Of a DNA stretch of 64,000 nt, positions 19,822 through 28,206 are shown piece by piece; the stretch's first letter is position 1; each line of letters opens with the position of its first letter. This stretch comes from Parcubacteria group bacterium GW2011_GWC1_36_108 (GTDB lineage: Bacteria > Patescibacteriota > Minisyncoccia > Moranbacterales > GWC2-37-73): assembly GCA_000991245.1 (NCBI GenBank), contig LBRD01000002.1:108141-172140 (forward strand). Direction: 5' to 3'. The notes under the pieces are model-generated. The model did not search any database, was not told where the DNA came from, and was given only the letters and a program-made list of their open reading frames with translations. The position numbers and the translations under genes are program-made.

Positions 19822-21045
19822 CTATTTCATTTTCAAGTTGGCATTTGGCTGAATTGTTTTCCAACCATCAAGTGCTTTTTTCTTTTGTGCTTCTGTCATT
19901 TTTTCCCAGCGAAAAGCTGCTGCAGCTGCAATCATAGCGGCGTTGTCGCCAGTCAGGTTTATAGGTGGTAGGTGGTAGGTTGTAGTTGGTAGGGATTTAG
20001 AAATAGCTTTGCCGAGTTGCTCGCGAAGTTCAGTATTAGCACTTACGCCACCTGCCAATAAAATTGTTTTTGGCTTGTAAATCTCGGCAGCCTTAATAGT
20101 TTTTGAAACAAGTACATCAATACAAGCCTGCTGAAATTCATGACAGATTTCAGGAATCAGTAACTCGTAACTCGTAACTGGTAACTTTTCTTGTAATTTT
20201 TTTGTTTCATATAACACAGCAGTCTTGAGTCCAGAGAAAGAAAAATTAAAATTCTTCTTATGCAGCATCGGGCGAGGGAAAATCAGCTTTTTAGGCATTA
20301 GCTTCTTAGCTTCATCGAATTCATAATTTTGTTTGGAAGTTGAGTTATTGGATTTTGTTTGGAAATTGGAAATTGGAAATTGGAAATTCGCAGCTTGCTG
20401 CGCAACCTTCGGTCCTCCCGGATAGCCGATGCCGAGAATGCGTGCAACTTTGTCAAAAGCTTCACCAACTGCATCATCCACGGTTTGTCCGATTATTTCA
20501 TATTGCAAATGATCCTTCATCAAAACGAGCTGAGTATGACCACCGCTGACAACAAGCGCCAAAATTGGAAATTCAATGTAGGTTCTAGGAATTAGGTTGT
20601 AGGAATTAGGTTTTTGTTTTTTATTTGCTAAATCCTCATTCCTAACTCCTAATTCCTGAGTTTCGATAAAGTTGGCATATATGTGTCCTTCGATGTGGTG
20701 AATCCCAATCAGGGGCTTTTCCCAGAGATAGGAAAGGGTTTTGGCATAGTTAACCCCTACTAGAAGCGCAGGAATAAGCCCAGGACCGCTTGTGACACTG
20801 ATTGCATCCAACTGGCTTGGCGTTATTTGCGCTTCTTCCAGGGCCATTTTTAGAAGCTTGGGAAAGTTTTTTAAGTGTTCTCTGGCAGCAAGATTTGGCA
20901 CAACACCGCCCCATTTGGCGTGTAACTTTACTTGAGATGAAACTTGATTTGTAAGAATCTCAAGCCCCTTTTTTGAACTACGCAAAATAGCGATAGCTGT
21001 TTCATCGCAGGATGTTTCTATAGAAAGTATTAGGGTATTTGACAT
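19822..21045 (-). CDS. tsaD: tRNA N6-adenosine threonylcarbamoyltransferase TsaD (Kae1/YgjD), with five in-frame repeat-derived insertions
   Basis: LILSIETSCDETAIAI, HIEGH, VVSGGHTQL, LAGGVSAN; start taken at MSNTL (21045). About 407 aa versus about 340 typical. Confidence 0.85.
   Translation of the reverse strand: MSNTLILSIETSCDETAIAILRSSKKGLEILTNQVSSQVKLHAKWGGVVPNLAAREHLKNFPKLLKMALEEAQITPSQLDAISVTSGPGLIPALLVGVNYAKTLSYLWEKPLIGIHHIEGHIYANFIETQELGVRNEDLANKKQKPNSYNLIPRTYIEFPILALVVSGGHTQLVLMKDHLQYEIIGQTVDDAVGEAFDKVARILGIGYPGGPKVAQQAANFQFPISNFQTKSNNSTSKQNYEFDEAKKLMPKKLIFPRPMLHKKNFNFSFSGLKTAVLYETKKLQEKLPVTSYELLIPEICHEFQQACIDVLVSKTIKAAEIYKPKTILLAGGVSANTELREQLGKAISKSLPTTTYHLPPINLTGDNAAMIAAAAAFRWEKMTEAQKKKALDGWKTIQPNANLKMK
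19964..19994. repeat. Heptamer tandem repeat (GGTGGTA)n inside tsaD, in frame
   Basis: ggtggtaggtggtaggttgtagttggtaggg; encodes LPTTTYHLPP. Confidence 0.6.
20158..20185. repeat. Heptamer tandem repeat (GTAACTC)n inside tsaD, in frame
   Basis: cagtaactcgtaactcgtaactggtaac; encodes LPVTSYELL. Confidence 0.6.
20292..20384. repeat. Composite repeat insertion inside tsaD (TTAGGCATTAGCTTCTTAG unit plus (GGAAATT)n)
   Basis: ttaggcattagcttcttag (cf. 52698 and 53564) ... ggaaattggaaattggaaatt; translated as ANFQFPISNFQTKSNNSTSKQNYEFDEAKKLMPKKLIF. Confidence 0.6.
20581..20659. repeat. Full palindromic TAGGAATTAGG-family element inserted in frame inside tsaD
   Basis: ggttctaggaattaggttgtaggaattagg...cattcctaactcctaattcctgag; translated as ELGVRNEDLANKKQKPNSYNLIP. 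Confidence 0.65.
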
Positions 21046-21150
21046 AAATATGATATTATTGTAGTATTCAACTTCCAATAAATGGCCTTGGGACACAATA
21101 ATTTTCAGACGTTTCGCGTAGTAGTAATAATCGTTAAGCGATTTTACCAT

Positions 21151-21918
21151 ATGGCAACGAAAATGAAAAGTCTAACCAAAGGGTCAGATTCTCGCAAGAC
21201 TTTGCCAGAATCAAGTACGCAAGCTAACCTTTTTCGTCGTGAAACAGATTTACCCTGGAAGTCCTCTGCTAATCAATCATTGTTAGAAAAAAGTCCAATA
21301 CAACAAAGCGATTCTATTTTTTTCAGAAGAAGTTCTGATTTGGATCGCTTAAAGAATCTGGAGGATAGTGAACTTATCATTATTATACATACGCAAAATA
21401 GGGAGGCCTACAAAGAACTTTTTGCTCGTTATCAAAAAAAACTTTTTGTTTACATTTATCACTTGGTTGGTAACAGAGATGAAACAGAAGATATTTTGCA
21501 AAATGTTTTTTCTAAGACTTATAAAAGCATTGATAATTTTGACACCACCCGAAAATTTTCTTCCTGGATATATCGCATCGCACACAATGAGTCAGTGAAT
21601 TTTTTGAAGCGAAAAAGCAAGAGATATACAGTTTCTTGGGATGATATTTCAACAAGCAAGGACAAATTGGACACAGCAACAAATGAAGAACGACCTGAAG
21701 AAAAAATGGAGCATCAAGAAATCGTGAAAGAAATAGACTATGCTTTGAAAAAAATTCCTGCAAGGTATCAAAAAGTTTTGCAGATGCGATATTTCAATGA
21801 ATATTCTTACGAAGAAATTGGAAAAATCCTCAAAAAACCCGTTAACACAGTCGGAACACTCATCAATAGAGCCAAAAAGAAGCTGCTGGAGGTGGTGCAG
21901 GAAGAGGGAAAGAAATAA
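21151..21918 (+). CDS. ECF-type RNA polymerase sigma factor (sigma-70 regions 2 and 4) with N-terminal extension
   Basis: Region 2 DILQNVFSKTYKSIDNFD...WIYRIAHNESVNFLKRK; region 4 YQKVLQMRYFNEYSYEEIGKILKKPVNTVGTLINRAKKKL. ORF track starts at 21082; ATG 21151 preferred. Confidence 0.75.
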   Translation: MATKMKSLTKGSDSRKTLPESSTQANLFRRETDLPWKSSANQSLLEKSPIQQSDSIFFRRSSDLDRLKNLEDSELIIIIHTQNREAYKELFARYQKKLFVYIYHLVGNRDETEDILQNVFSKTYKSIDNFDTTRKFSSWIYRIAHNESVNFLKRKSKRYTVSWDDISTSKDKLDTATNEERPEEKMEHQEIVKEIDYALKKIPARYQKVLQMRYFNEYSYEEIGKILKKPVNTVGTLINRAKKKLLEVVQEEGKK

Positions 21919-21947
21919 AAATCTCCGCATTAAAGCGGAGATTTTTG
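21917..21947 (+). terminator. Rho-independent terminator after the sigma factor gene
   Basis: aaaatctccgc-attaaa-gcggagatttt plus T-run. Confidence 0.7.
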
Positions 21948-22036
21948 TTTAGTTTTGAAAATTTTTTAAAAATAAAAACAGCCTCACTCGATTTCTCGAC
22001 GTGAGGCTGGATAATTTTCAACTATTCATTTTATTC

Positions 22037-22816
22037 TTAATCTTCAAGGATAAATGCCAAATCTGCTACGTAGGAAGCCTTTAAAAGCGCTTCCAAGCAA
22101 TAATCAAGCTCAGCTTGGTTATCCTCCTTTTCCAGTGCATAGCCGAACCATTTTCTGGCTTCGGCTATATATCCATCAACAAGGAGCTGCAACATTTCCT
22201 CTGCTGAAGAGTCAATGTCTTCGAAACTCGCATCGGCTTTTTCCAATGCTTGTATAGAGAAGTTAATGTTATTTTCATTGTTATCGCTTCTGTTACGCGC
22301 ATATCCCAACCAGAGCTTTGCTTCGGCGACGTAGCCGTCAGTGAGAAGTTCTTGAAGTTCTTCTTCAGAAGTTCCGATTGAAGCTGGTGTTGCGTCAGCT
22401 TTTGCAAGTGCTTCGTGGACATACTTGATATTGTGTTTGTTGTCAGCCAGGCGATTGCGCGCATGCTCCAACCAACGCTTGGCTTCGGCAAGGTAACCTT
22501 TCGTTAAAAGCTGTGAAATCTCTTTTTCGGAAGTCCCAATGAATTTAAGAGTCACATCAGCTTTTTCTACGGCTTCTCGGATATATCTGATAGCCGCCGT
22601 GTTGTCCCCAAAAGGTTTCCTGGCTATTTCCAACCACCGTTTTGCTTCTGATACATCTTGTTGCTGTTTAACTTCAATGTCATTGCTGACTGAAGTTATT
22701 GTGATGTCGGTGTTATTGTCGGCAAATGCCGGACAAGTGAAAAGCAGACTTGCGAAAACGATTGTGATGTTAAGGATCTGTTTCATGTTGTATCTCCTCT
22801 TGAGTTTATTTTCCAT
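22037..22816 (-). CDS. Secreted protein with about four tandem 45-aa repeats
   Basis: Signal peptide ...LFTCPAFA; repeated unit AEAKRWLEHARNR.ADN..NI.Y..EAL.KADA....IGTSEEE.QELLTDGY. Confidence 0.6.
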   Translation of the reverse strand: MENKLKRRYNMKQILNITIVFASLLFTCPAFADNNTDITITSVSNDIEVKQQQDVSEAKRWLEIARKPFGDNTAAIRYIREAVEKADVTLKFIGTSEKEISQLLTKGYLAEAKRWLEHARNRLADNKHNIKYVHEALAKADATPASIGTSEEELQELLTDGYVAEAKLWLGYARNRSDNNENNINFSIQALEKADASFEDIDSSAEEMLQLLVDGYIAEARKWFGYALEKEDNQAELDYCLEALLKASYVADLAFILED

Positions 22817-23068
22817 TGGACAGTTCCAATTGGATAAATCTTACAACTGTCCATATTAGCATATTTTTATGTAACTGTCAATGGTAATATTTAAAAAATG
22901 CCTTTAGAAAGCCTTTTCTTGGTGATTGTAATGCCTAAGTGCGCGTCGCAAGTTCGTCGACACTCACTTGTTCCTTGTCCGCGGCAGAGCTGAATGCTCC
23001 TATGGTCGCATTCATCTACGCACGCTGCGTTTACTTTCTGCTGAAAGCCAATTTGTTTCACTTCTGCC

Positions 23069-23088
23069 GGTCCGATTCCCCTTGGCGC
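23069..23088 (+). repeat. Inverted 20-nt copy of the tRNA-Glu 3' end (positions about 53-72), candidate att/recombination core
   Basis: GGTCCGATTCCCCTTGGCGC is identical to the complement of 28171-28190 inside tRNA-Glu; followed by CA and a terminator hairpin. Confidence 0.7.
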
Positions 23089-23096
23089 CAATACGC

Positions 23097-23124
23097 AAAA
23101 ACTCCAGATAAATCTGGAGTTTTT
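23097..23124 (+). terminator. Rho-independent terminator directly after the displaced tRNA-Glu 3' fragment
   Basis: aaaaactccaga-taaa-tctggagttttt perfect hairpin with flanking A/T runs. Confidence 0.7.
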
Positions 23125-23334
23125 GTACTTGGTAGCCCAAGTTAGAAATTCTTGGAACCAGCTTATTAGTGAGCTTAATGAGTGGGCTATGTTTAGGAGA
23201 CGGGAAATGTGTGCTGAAAATATGGCTCAGATTGGCGTATAACATTTCTTACCGTATCTGCCATTAAAGAATGAAACCATATATAAACCCCGTCTGACAT
23301 ACACAGGCGGGGTAATTAAATGGGATAAATTTTT

Positions 23335-23817
23335 TTACGTGTGTAATTTATGTATTAAACCCGTATCGAGAAGACGAATAGACATTGCTTGCTCACTGAC
23401 TTCGAACTTTTTTGCGAGCTGGTTAATTCCAATTTTTCCCGAGTGCTCCTTAATTTCTTTCTCAATAAATTGTTTTGGCATTAGTAATTCTGATGCGAAT
23501 TTATTTGCCTCCTTCTCCTTGTTTATTGGCTTATCAAATCTATCATCAACAATTGTATGGTCATCGTGTCCCATTAAAAAATGTCCTAGCTCGTGTGCAA
23601 GTGTAAAACGTTGTCTTACCTTGGGATGGTTTTGATTAACGCCAATAAATGTCATTCCTTCCTTGTGCATTATCATCCCGGAAACATTGTCAGGAAAATC
23701 TGGGTATGGAACAACTTGTATGTTGAATAATGCAGCCACTTCTTCAAGGGGCACAGGCAACTTTTCTAGTCCAATTTTAGCAATAATTGTATTAACTTTT
23801 TCTGAAATACCTTCCAT
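23335..23817 (-). CDS. ImmA/IrrE-family zinc metallopeptidase (anti-repressor protease type)
   Basis: HEXXH motif AHELGHFLMGH; DUF955-like; immediately downstream of the XRE regulator. Confidence 0.75.
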   Translation of the reverse strand: MEGISEKVNTIIAKIGLEKLPVPLEEVAALFNIQVVPYPDFPDNVSGMIMHKEGMTFIGVNQNHPKVRQRFTLAHELGHFLMGHDDHTIVDDRFDKPINKEKEANKFASELLMPKQFIEKEIKEHSGKIGINQLAKKFEVSEQAMSIRLLDTGLIHKLHT

Positions 23818-24134
23818 TATTTTTTGTTTATGTTTGACTTTGCATACTTAAAAAAATCAGCCGTTAGTTTATCGTAGTTGCACTCAGGGTCAAGACTGCT
23901 TGCATCCGCCCTAAATTGAACCATTGTGCTGTCATTAGAAAAATAATTTTCTCCAAGGTTGAATGTTTGAATTAGTTTATGCAGTGATTCGCCACTTAAG
24001 ACGCGGGCGCCCTTCTCAACGTACGAAATATAGGACTCAGAAAGACCTAGGGTTGTCCCTAGTTCGTGCTGTTTAAGTCCTTTTTCTTTTCTAAGTTGTC
24101 TGATTTTTTTACCTACAGAAGATTCTATATTCAT
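23817..24134 (-). CDS. XRE-family helix-turn-helix transcriptional regulator (CI/ImmR-like)
   Basis: KKIRQLRKEKGLKQHELGTTLGLSESYISYVEKG, a canonical HTH_XRE. Confidence 0.8.
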   Translation of the reverse strand: MNIESSVGKKIRQLRKEKGLKQHELGTTLGLSESYISYVEKGARVLSGESLHKLIQTFNLGENYFSNDSTMVQFRADASSLDPECNYDKLTADFFKYAKSNINKK

Positions 24135-24166
24135 ATGTACTTACATTTTTACACACTGTTAAACTA

Positions 24167-24181
24167 CTGTCAAGTCTTGAC
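24167..24181. promoter_or_regulatory. 15-bp perfect palindrome TGTCAAGTCTTGACA upstream of the XRE repressor gene (candidate operator)
   Basis: tgtcaag-t-cttgaca lies 33 bp upstream of the XRE start in the divergent control region. Confidence 0.5.
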
Positions 24182-24285
24182 ACTACCCATACAATTTAAA
24201 TGCCCTTATAGAGCCATTAGGAGCTAGCGGTGTACTTATTGATTTAAACGTTTTTGTTCTAGAATAAGGCAATATTTTAAAATTC

Positions 24286-24313
24286 TTGACAAACTTGACC
24301 AAGCTACTATAAT
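24286..24313 (+). promoter_or_regulatory. Consensus sigma-70-type promoter TTGACA-16-TATAAT driving 24416..24946
   Basis: ttgacaaacttgaccaagctactataat. Confidence 0.55.
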
Positions 24314-24415
24314 GAGGGGTAGGTCGAAACTTTTCCCAGTCCTTATTTTTCTCCTTATTAAGCCACTGGATATAATTTTAAAAAAGAGAACACAATTCGG
24401 GGGAAAATTGTAAAT

Positions 24416-24946
24416 ATGGCAATGAAATCCAAGTATGAAAAAGAAAAACTAAAAGCAAAAAATAAATATTTTTCCATTGGCAAGGTTTTTAACCCTGCTT
24501 TTGCAAAAGATATATATTTCAATGCTCAAGGCTTCAACCACCTTGTTTACGGTAAAGGTAATATGATGAGGAGTAAAGAGCAGCAGTTAGCCAGATTCAG
24601 GCTTTTAGATAAAGCAGTTGGGCTCATATCAAGCAATGAAGTGTTTAAGTTGAGCAAAACAGCAGACAGAGAAAAGCTTAAAAAAGGTATAAAGAAAATT
24701 AGCATTGAAAAACAATGGTGCTGTGACGGTGAGAAAAATGGCTCTGGTTTCAGGGTTATTTTGAGACAAAGGGACAATGGCAATATTCATTTTTTGAGTG
24801 TCATACCTCTTGGAAAAACTCAGACAGCATATTATCCATTCGCTTCATTGTTAGCTGCAATCCCAAATTTGCTATTTAAACGGCCTGAGCCGGCTCTTGA
24901 AACCGTAGAAATTAGTGAAGTTGAGACTGAAAATGAACCTGAATAA
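24416..24946 (+). CDS. Hypothetical protein (element cargo)
   Basis: 176 aa, lysine-rich N-terminus, acidic C-terminus; no motif recognised; followed by a terminator at about 24951-24979. Confidence 0.45.
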   Translation: MAMKSKYEKEKLKAKNKYFSIGKVFNPAFAKDIYFNAQGFNHLVYGKGNMMRSKEQQLARFRLLDKAVGLISSNEVFKLSKTADREKLKKGIKKISIEKQWCCDGEKNGSGFRVILRQRDNGNIHFLSVIPLGKTQTAYYPFASLLAAIPNLLFKRPEPALETVEISEVETENEPE

Positions 24947-25166
24947 ATATAAAAAAAAGCCGCCTAAAGCGGTTTTTTTCTATGCTTGCCTTCAATTAAA
25001 CTTGAAAAAGGCTTTCGCCTCACAAGCACATTCCTATAGTATCCCATAGTTAGTACTCTGTCAACAGAATTATATTCCCAAAGAGACATCTCGACAGAGT
25101 TGTTTTTTTATTGATTTTATTGTAAATTACATATGCAACGTCCAATTTAATAGGCTCTGTCTTTCT

Positions 25167-25688
25167 ATGGATAGAAGTAAGGTTGTGCTCGAAAATGGCA
25201 ATCTTACTAAAACAATTTGGCATAACCTGCTTAATTGGGCGTTGCAACCAGTAAGGTTGCCTTTTTTTATATCCAAAATTGCGACTTTGGTGGGGTATTT
25301 TTCTAATAATTTTTCAATAAACTATATGAAAGAACTATCCATTGTCGAAAAAATAACAAGTGATTTTTCTCAGGGCGTAAGCATATCAGTAATACTATTC
25401 ATAATTGGCGCGGCGTTTATTTTTAGCAGCCCACTGATAGGATTATTTTTATTAGTATCCGCATTTTTCATATACTCAAAAACATTAAGTAAATGGGGTC
25501 GAATTGAAAAGATGACCTCTAGCGTCTGGAGTGGAGTTAAGACGGCAGCAGTATTATTAGTGGTTGGAATGGTGCCCGGGATAATTCTCGAACTTATTTT
25601 TAAACCATTAGCACTGGGGTATTTCTTCTTTGTGATTGCAGCTGTTTATATTTTTTCTAAATCAATAACAAGGCGATGGAAAAAGTAA
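25167..25688 (+). CDS. Hypothetical membrane protein (element cargo)
   Basis: 173 aa with several hydrophobic segments. Confidence 0.45.
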   Translation: MDRSKVVLENGNLTKTIWHNLLNWALQPVRLPFFISKIATLVGYFSNNFSINYMKELSIVEKITSDFSQGVSISVILFIIGAAFIFSSPLIGLFLLVSAFFIYSKTLSKWGRIEKMTSSVWSGVKTAAVLLVVGMVPGIILELIFKPLALGYFFFVIAAVYIFSKSITRRWKK

Positions 25689-25945
25689 AGAAAGAATCGT
25701 TAGATGAAAAAGTTAAAAAGTACATCCTTATTTTTATGGCTGGTATGTTTGAGTTGGTGGCTTTAGATTTTTTTGCTGGAGCTAACGGCATCATTATTAT
25801 CAAGGATGACGGTCCACAATGGCCTTTCTATTTACTTGCTACAGTAGCGGGCATATTTCTATACATAGCCTTTAGGACCGGGGTTAAGCAAGGTTATGAG
25901 GATGGATTTACTGATGGAGAAAAATACAAGAATATTACATATTGA
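25676..25945 (+). CDS. Hypothetical small membrane protein (element cargo)
   Basis: 89 aa, two hydrophobic segments, overlaps the previous ORF. Confidence 0.4.
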   Translation: MEKVKKESLDEKVKKYILIFMAGMFELVALDFFAGANGIIIIKDDGPQWPFYLLATVAGIFLYIAFRTGVKQGYEDGFTDGEKYKNITY

Positions 25946-26502
25946 ATGCACTTACAATATGTGCCCGTCTGACAAGGGACACCGTCTGACATTATATTGC
26001 AAATCGTTTGTCAGCTTGTATTTATTTAATGCACGAAAATCAATCCATCAAAGGCTTATTCCAAAAGAGTTAGCTTCTTTTTTTTATCAGATTGTTATTG
26101 TTCTACTGTCTGACACAAACATTCCAATAAAAGCACACAAACAGTCGGTACTTGCTAGCCGGCACTGTTGCTGAGATTTATTTTTTTATTCAAGTTGAAT
26201 TGATTTCAAAAATGTGCAGACTTTCGAGGGGGTGGTAGGGGTGGAGCTAAACTTTTGGTCTTGGCACACGTGTTGTATACCGTTTCTGGCGATTATGATT
26301 TTGGAATTCAACTGTCTGACATTGACAAGTGGCAATTTTTCTGCTAAGTTAATGATAACAATTTAAGAGTAGTTAGCTTCACTTTCTAGACACTCACCCT
26401 CAAAAGTCACCCTCTAGAGTACTCAAGCCTGAAAATGTTTTTTCGAAAATATTCTCAGACTCGATTACTCTTTTTTGTTTCTTGTTTTTAACTCGAAACA
26501 AA

Positions 26503-26655
26503 TGTTTACTACTGAGAAGTGTTGTCGAATTGAGCCATCATTGAAGAATCTTTCCGAAGAAGAGGTTATTTTGGTTGAGGAAAATTATCGTGAAATGGTG
26601 AGACTTGCAATAGAAAGCTTCAAGAAAAATAAAAAGGGTTCCAAAAATCCCTGAT
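26503..26655 (+). CDS. Small ORF (50 aa) immediately upstream of the recombinase; possible accessory protein or directionality factor
   Basis: MFTTEKCCRIEPSLKNLSEEEVILVEENYREMVRLAIESFKKNKKGSKNP; below the ORF-track size cutoff; position suggestive only. Confidence 0.25.
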
Positions 26656-26694
26656 GGGTATTGTTGAATATTTACACGAGCGTACTATATAAAT

Positions 26695-28206
26695 ATGGAA
26701 ACAGAAAAAACAGGCATCATCTATTGCAGAGTATCCTCAAAAGACCAAGTTGAAGGTACTAGCTTGGGCAGCCAAGAAAGGTTTTGCAAAGAATATGCAG
26801 AACGTAATGGTATTAGGATTTTAAAAATATACATTGAGCTTGGTGAATCAGCAAAAACAGCTAACCGAACAGAATTTAATAAGGCCTTAGCATTTTGTAG
26901 TGACAAAAAGAATAATGTCACTTTTTTTGTTGTTTATAAGCTAGATAGGTTTGCACGAAATCAAGAAGACCACGTTATGGTTCGAGCTTTATTAAAAAAG
27001 GCGGGTACTGATTTACGTTCAGTTACGGAAACAATAGACGAATCGCCAGTTGGGAAAGCGATGGAGGGTATGATTTCTGTTTTTGCGGAATTAGACAATA
27101 ATATGAGAACGGAAAGAACTAAGCAGGGTATGCTGGAACGCTTAAAACAAGGCTTCTGGAACTGGCAAGCACCCCTAGGCTACTATCGACCTTACAAGGG
27201 TTCAAATATTGTACCTGACCCTCAAAAGAGCGGGTTTATACGACTTGGTTTTGAAGAATATTCCAAAGGCACATACACTTATGAAAAAATTGCACTGTTT
27301 CTGTCAGACAGAGGTTTAAGGACAAAACAAAACAAAAACCCATCAACCGCCCTTATGCAAAAAATACTTACTAATCCTATTTATTATGGGTATATTGATG
27401 TTTGGGGTGGACATAAAGGAGCCTTCGAACCTATTATTTCAGAAAACTTGTTTAGAAAGTGCCAACCTGACTATATGAAGTCGGCGCACGCAGCACCAAG
27501 GTCAGCAAACAACCCCTTATTTCCCTTGAGAAAATTAGTTATTTGCGATGAATGTGGGGCTTCACTCACTGGCAGTACATCAAGAAATAGGCACGGTTCA
27601 AAATATCCATACTATCATCACCAGCACGCTGGTTGTAAAAAAACAAGGTCAATCCCAAAAGAATCATTCGAACAGCAATTTGTTGAATATCTGGACAGTA
27701 TCTCTCCCGGTATTAAATATGAAAAACTATTCAAAGCTATCGTTTTGGATGAATGGCAAAATGGCTACAAAAAGATAGACAACGAAAATGCACAAATAAG
27801 AAGAGACATAACTTCATTAGAAGCTGAACGCCAAAAAGTCTTCGATTTTCATCGTGCAGGAAAGTATACCGATGATGACCTATTTGAGCAAAAAAAACTA
27901 ATCGAGGATAGGATAAGTCAAAAGCACGCCCTCATACAAGACAAGAGATATGAGGAGTTTGAAATGAATGAGGTGCTTGAATATTGTTTTTCCTATGTTC
28001 GAACCTCTGCAAAATCGTGGATTGAGGCTGATTATGCAACAAAACTAAGTTTTCAAAAGTTAATCTTTGCAGATAGCATAAAATATGATGGTGAGAAATT
28101 TGGAACCCCTGATTTAAGGCTCCTATATACGATAAATCAGCACTCGCGTGCTGATAAATCTTCTTTGGTAGCGCCAAGGGGAATCGGACCCCTGTTACCA
28201 GGATGA
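26695..28206 (+). CDS. Large serine recombinase (resolvase/invertase catalytic domain, recombinase domain, zinc ribbon, coiled coil)
   Basis: IYCRVSSKDQ (catalytic Ser), YKLDRFARN, zinc ribbon CDECGASL...C; 503 aa; last 41 nt overlap tRNA-Glu antisense. Confidence 0.85.
   Translation: METEKTGIIYCRVSSKDQVEGTSLGSQERFCKEYAERNGIRILKIYIELGESAKTANRTEFNKALAFCSDKKNNVTFFVVYKLDRFARNQEDHVMVRALLKKAGTDLRSVTETIDESPVGKAMEGMISVFAELDNNMRTERTKQGMLERLKQGFWNWQAPLGYYRPYKGSNIVPDPQKSGFIRLGFEEYSKGTYTYEKIALFLSDRGLRTKQNKNPSTALMQKILTNPIYYGYIDVWGGHKGAFEPIISENLFRKCQPDYMKSAHAAPRSANNPLFPLRKLVICDECGASLTGSTSRNRHGSKYPYYHHQHAGCKKTRSIPKESFEQQFVEYLDSISPGIKYEKLFKAIVLDEWQNGYKKIDNENAQIRRDITSLEAERQKVFDFHRAGKYTDDDLFEQKKLIEDRISQKHALIQDKRYEEFEMNEVLEYCFSYVRTSAKSWIEADYATKLSFQKLIFADSIKYDGEKFGTPDLRLLYTINQHSRADKSSLVAPRGIGPLLPG

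Larger units (their letters stand above)
23069..28190. mobile_element. Putative integrated/invertible genetic element at tRNA-Glu, bounded by inverted 20-nt tRNA cores and carrying an ImmA/XRE module and a large serine recombinase
   Basis: Inverted identical 20-nt cores at 23069-23088 and 28171-28190. Recombinase at the tRNA end; ImmA/XRE repressor pair; consensus promoter and operators. Element GC about 40% versus about 33% in flanks. Confidence 0.55.

Noticed and set aside
22921-23092. Possible tmRNA (ssrA) or other tRNA-like ncRNA: GC-rich about 170 nt ending in GGTCCGATTCCCCTTGGCGCCA followed by a terminator
   Set aside because: No 5' acceptor strand complementary to the 3' end. The T-arm does not close (CCGG versus CCCC). 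No recognisable tag-peptide reading frame. The 3' 20 nt are an exact copy of tRNA-Glu positions 53-72, so it is better explained as a displaced tRNA 3' fragment plus an in-frame alternative recombinase tail.
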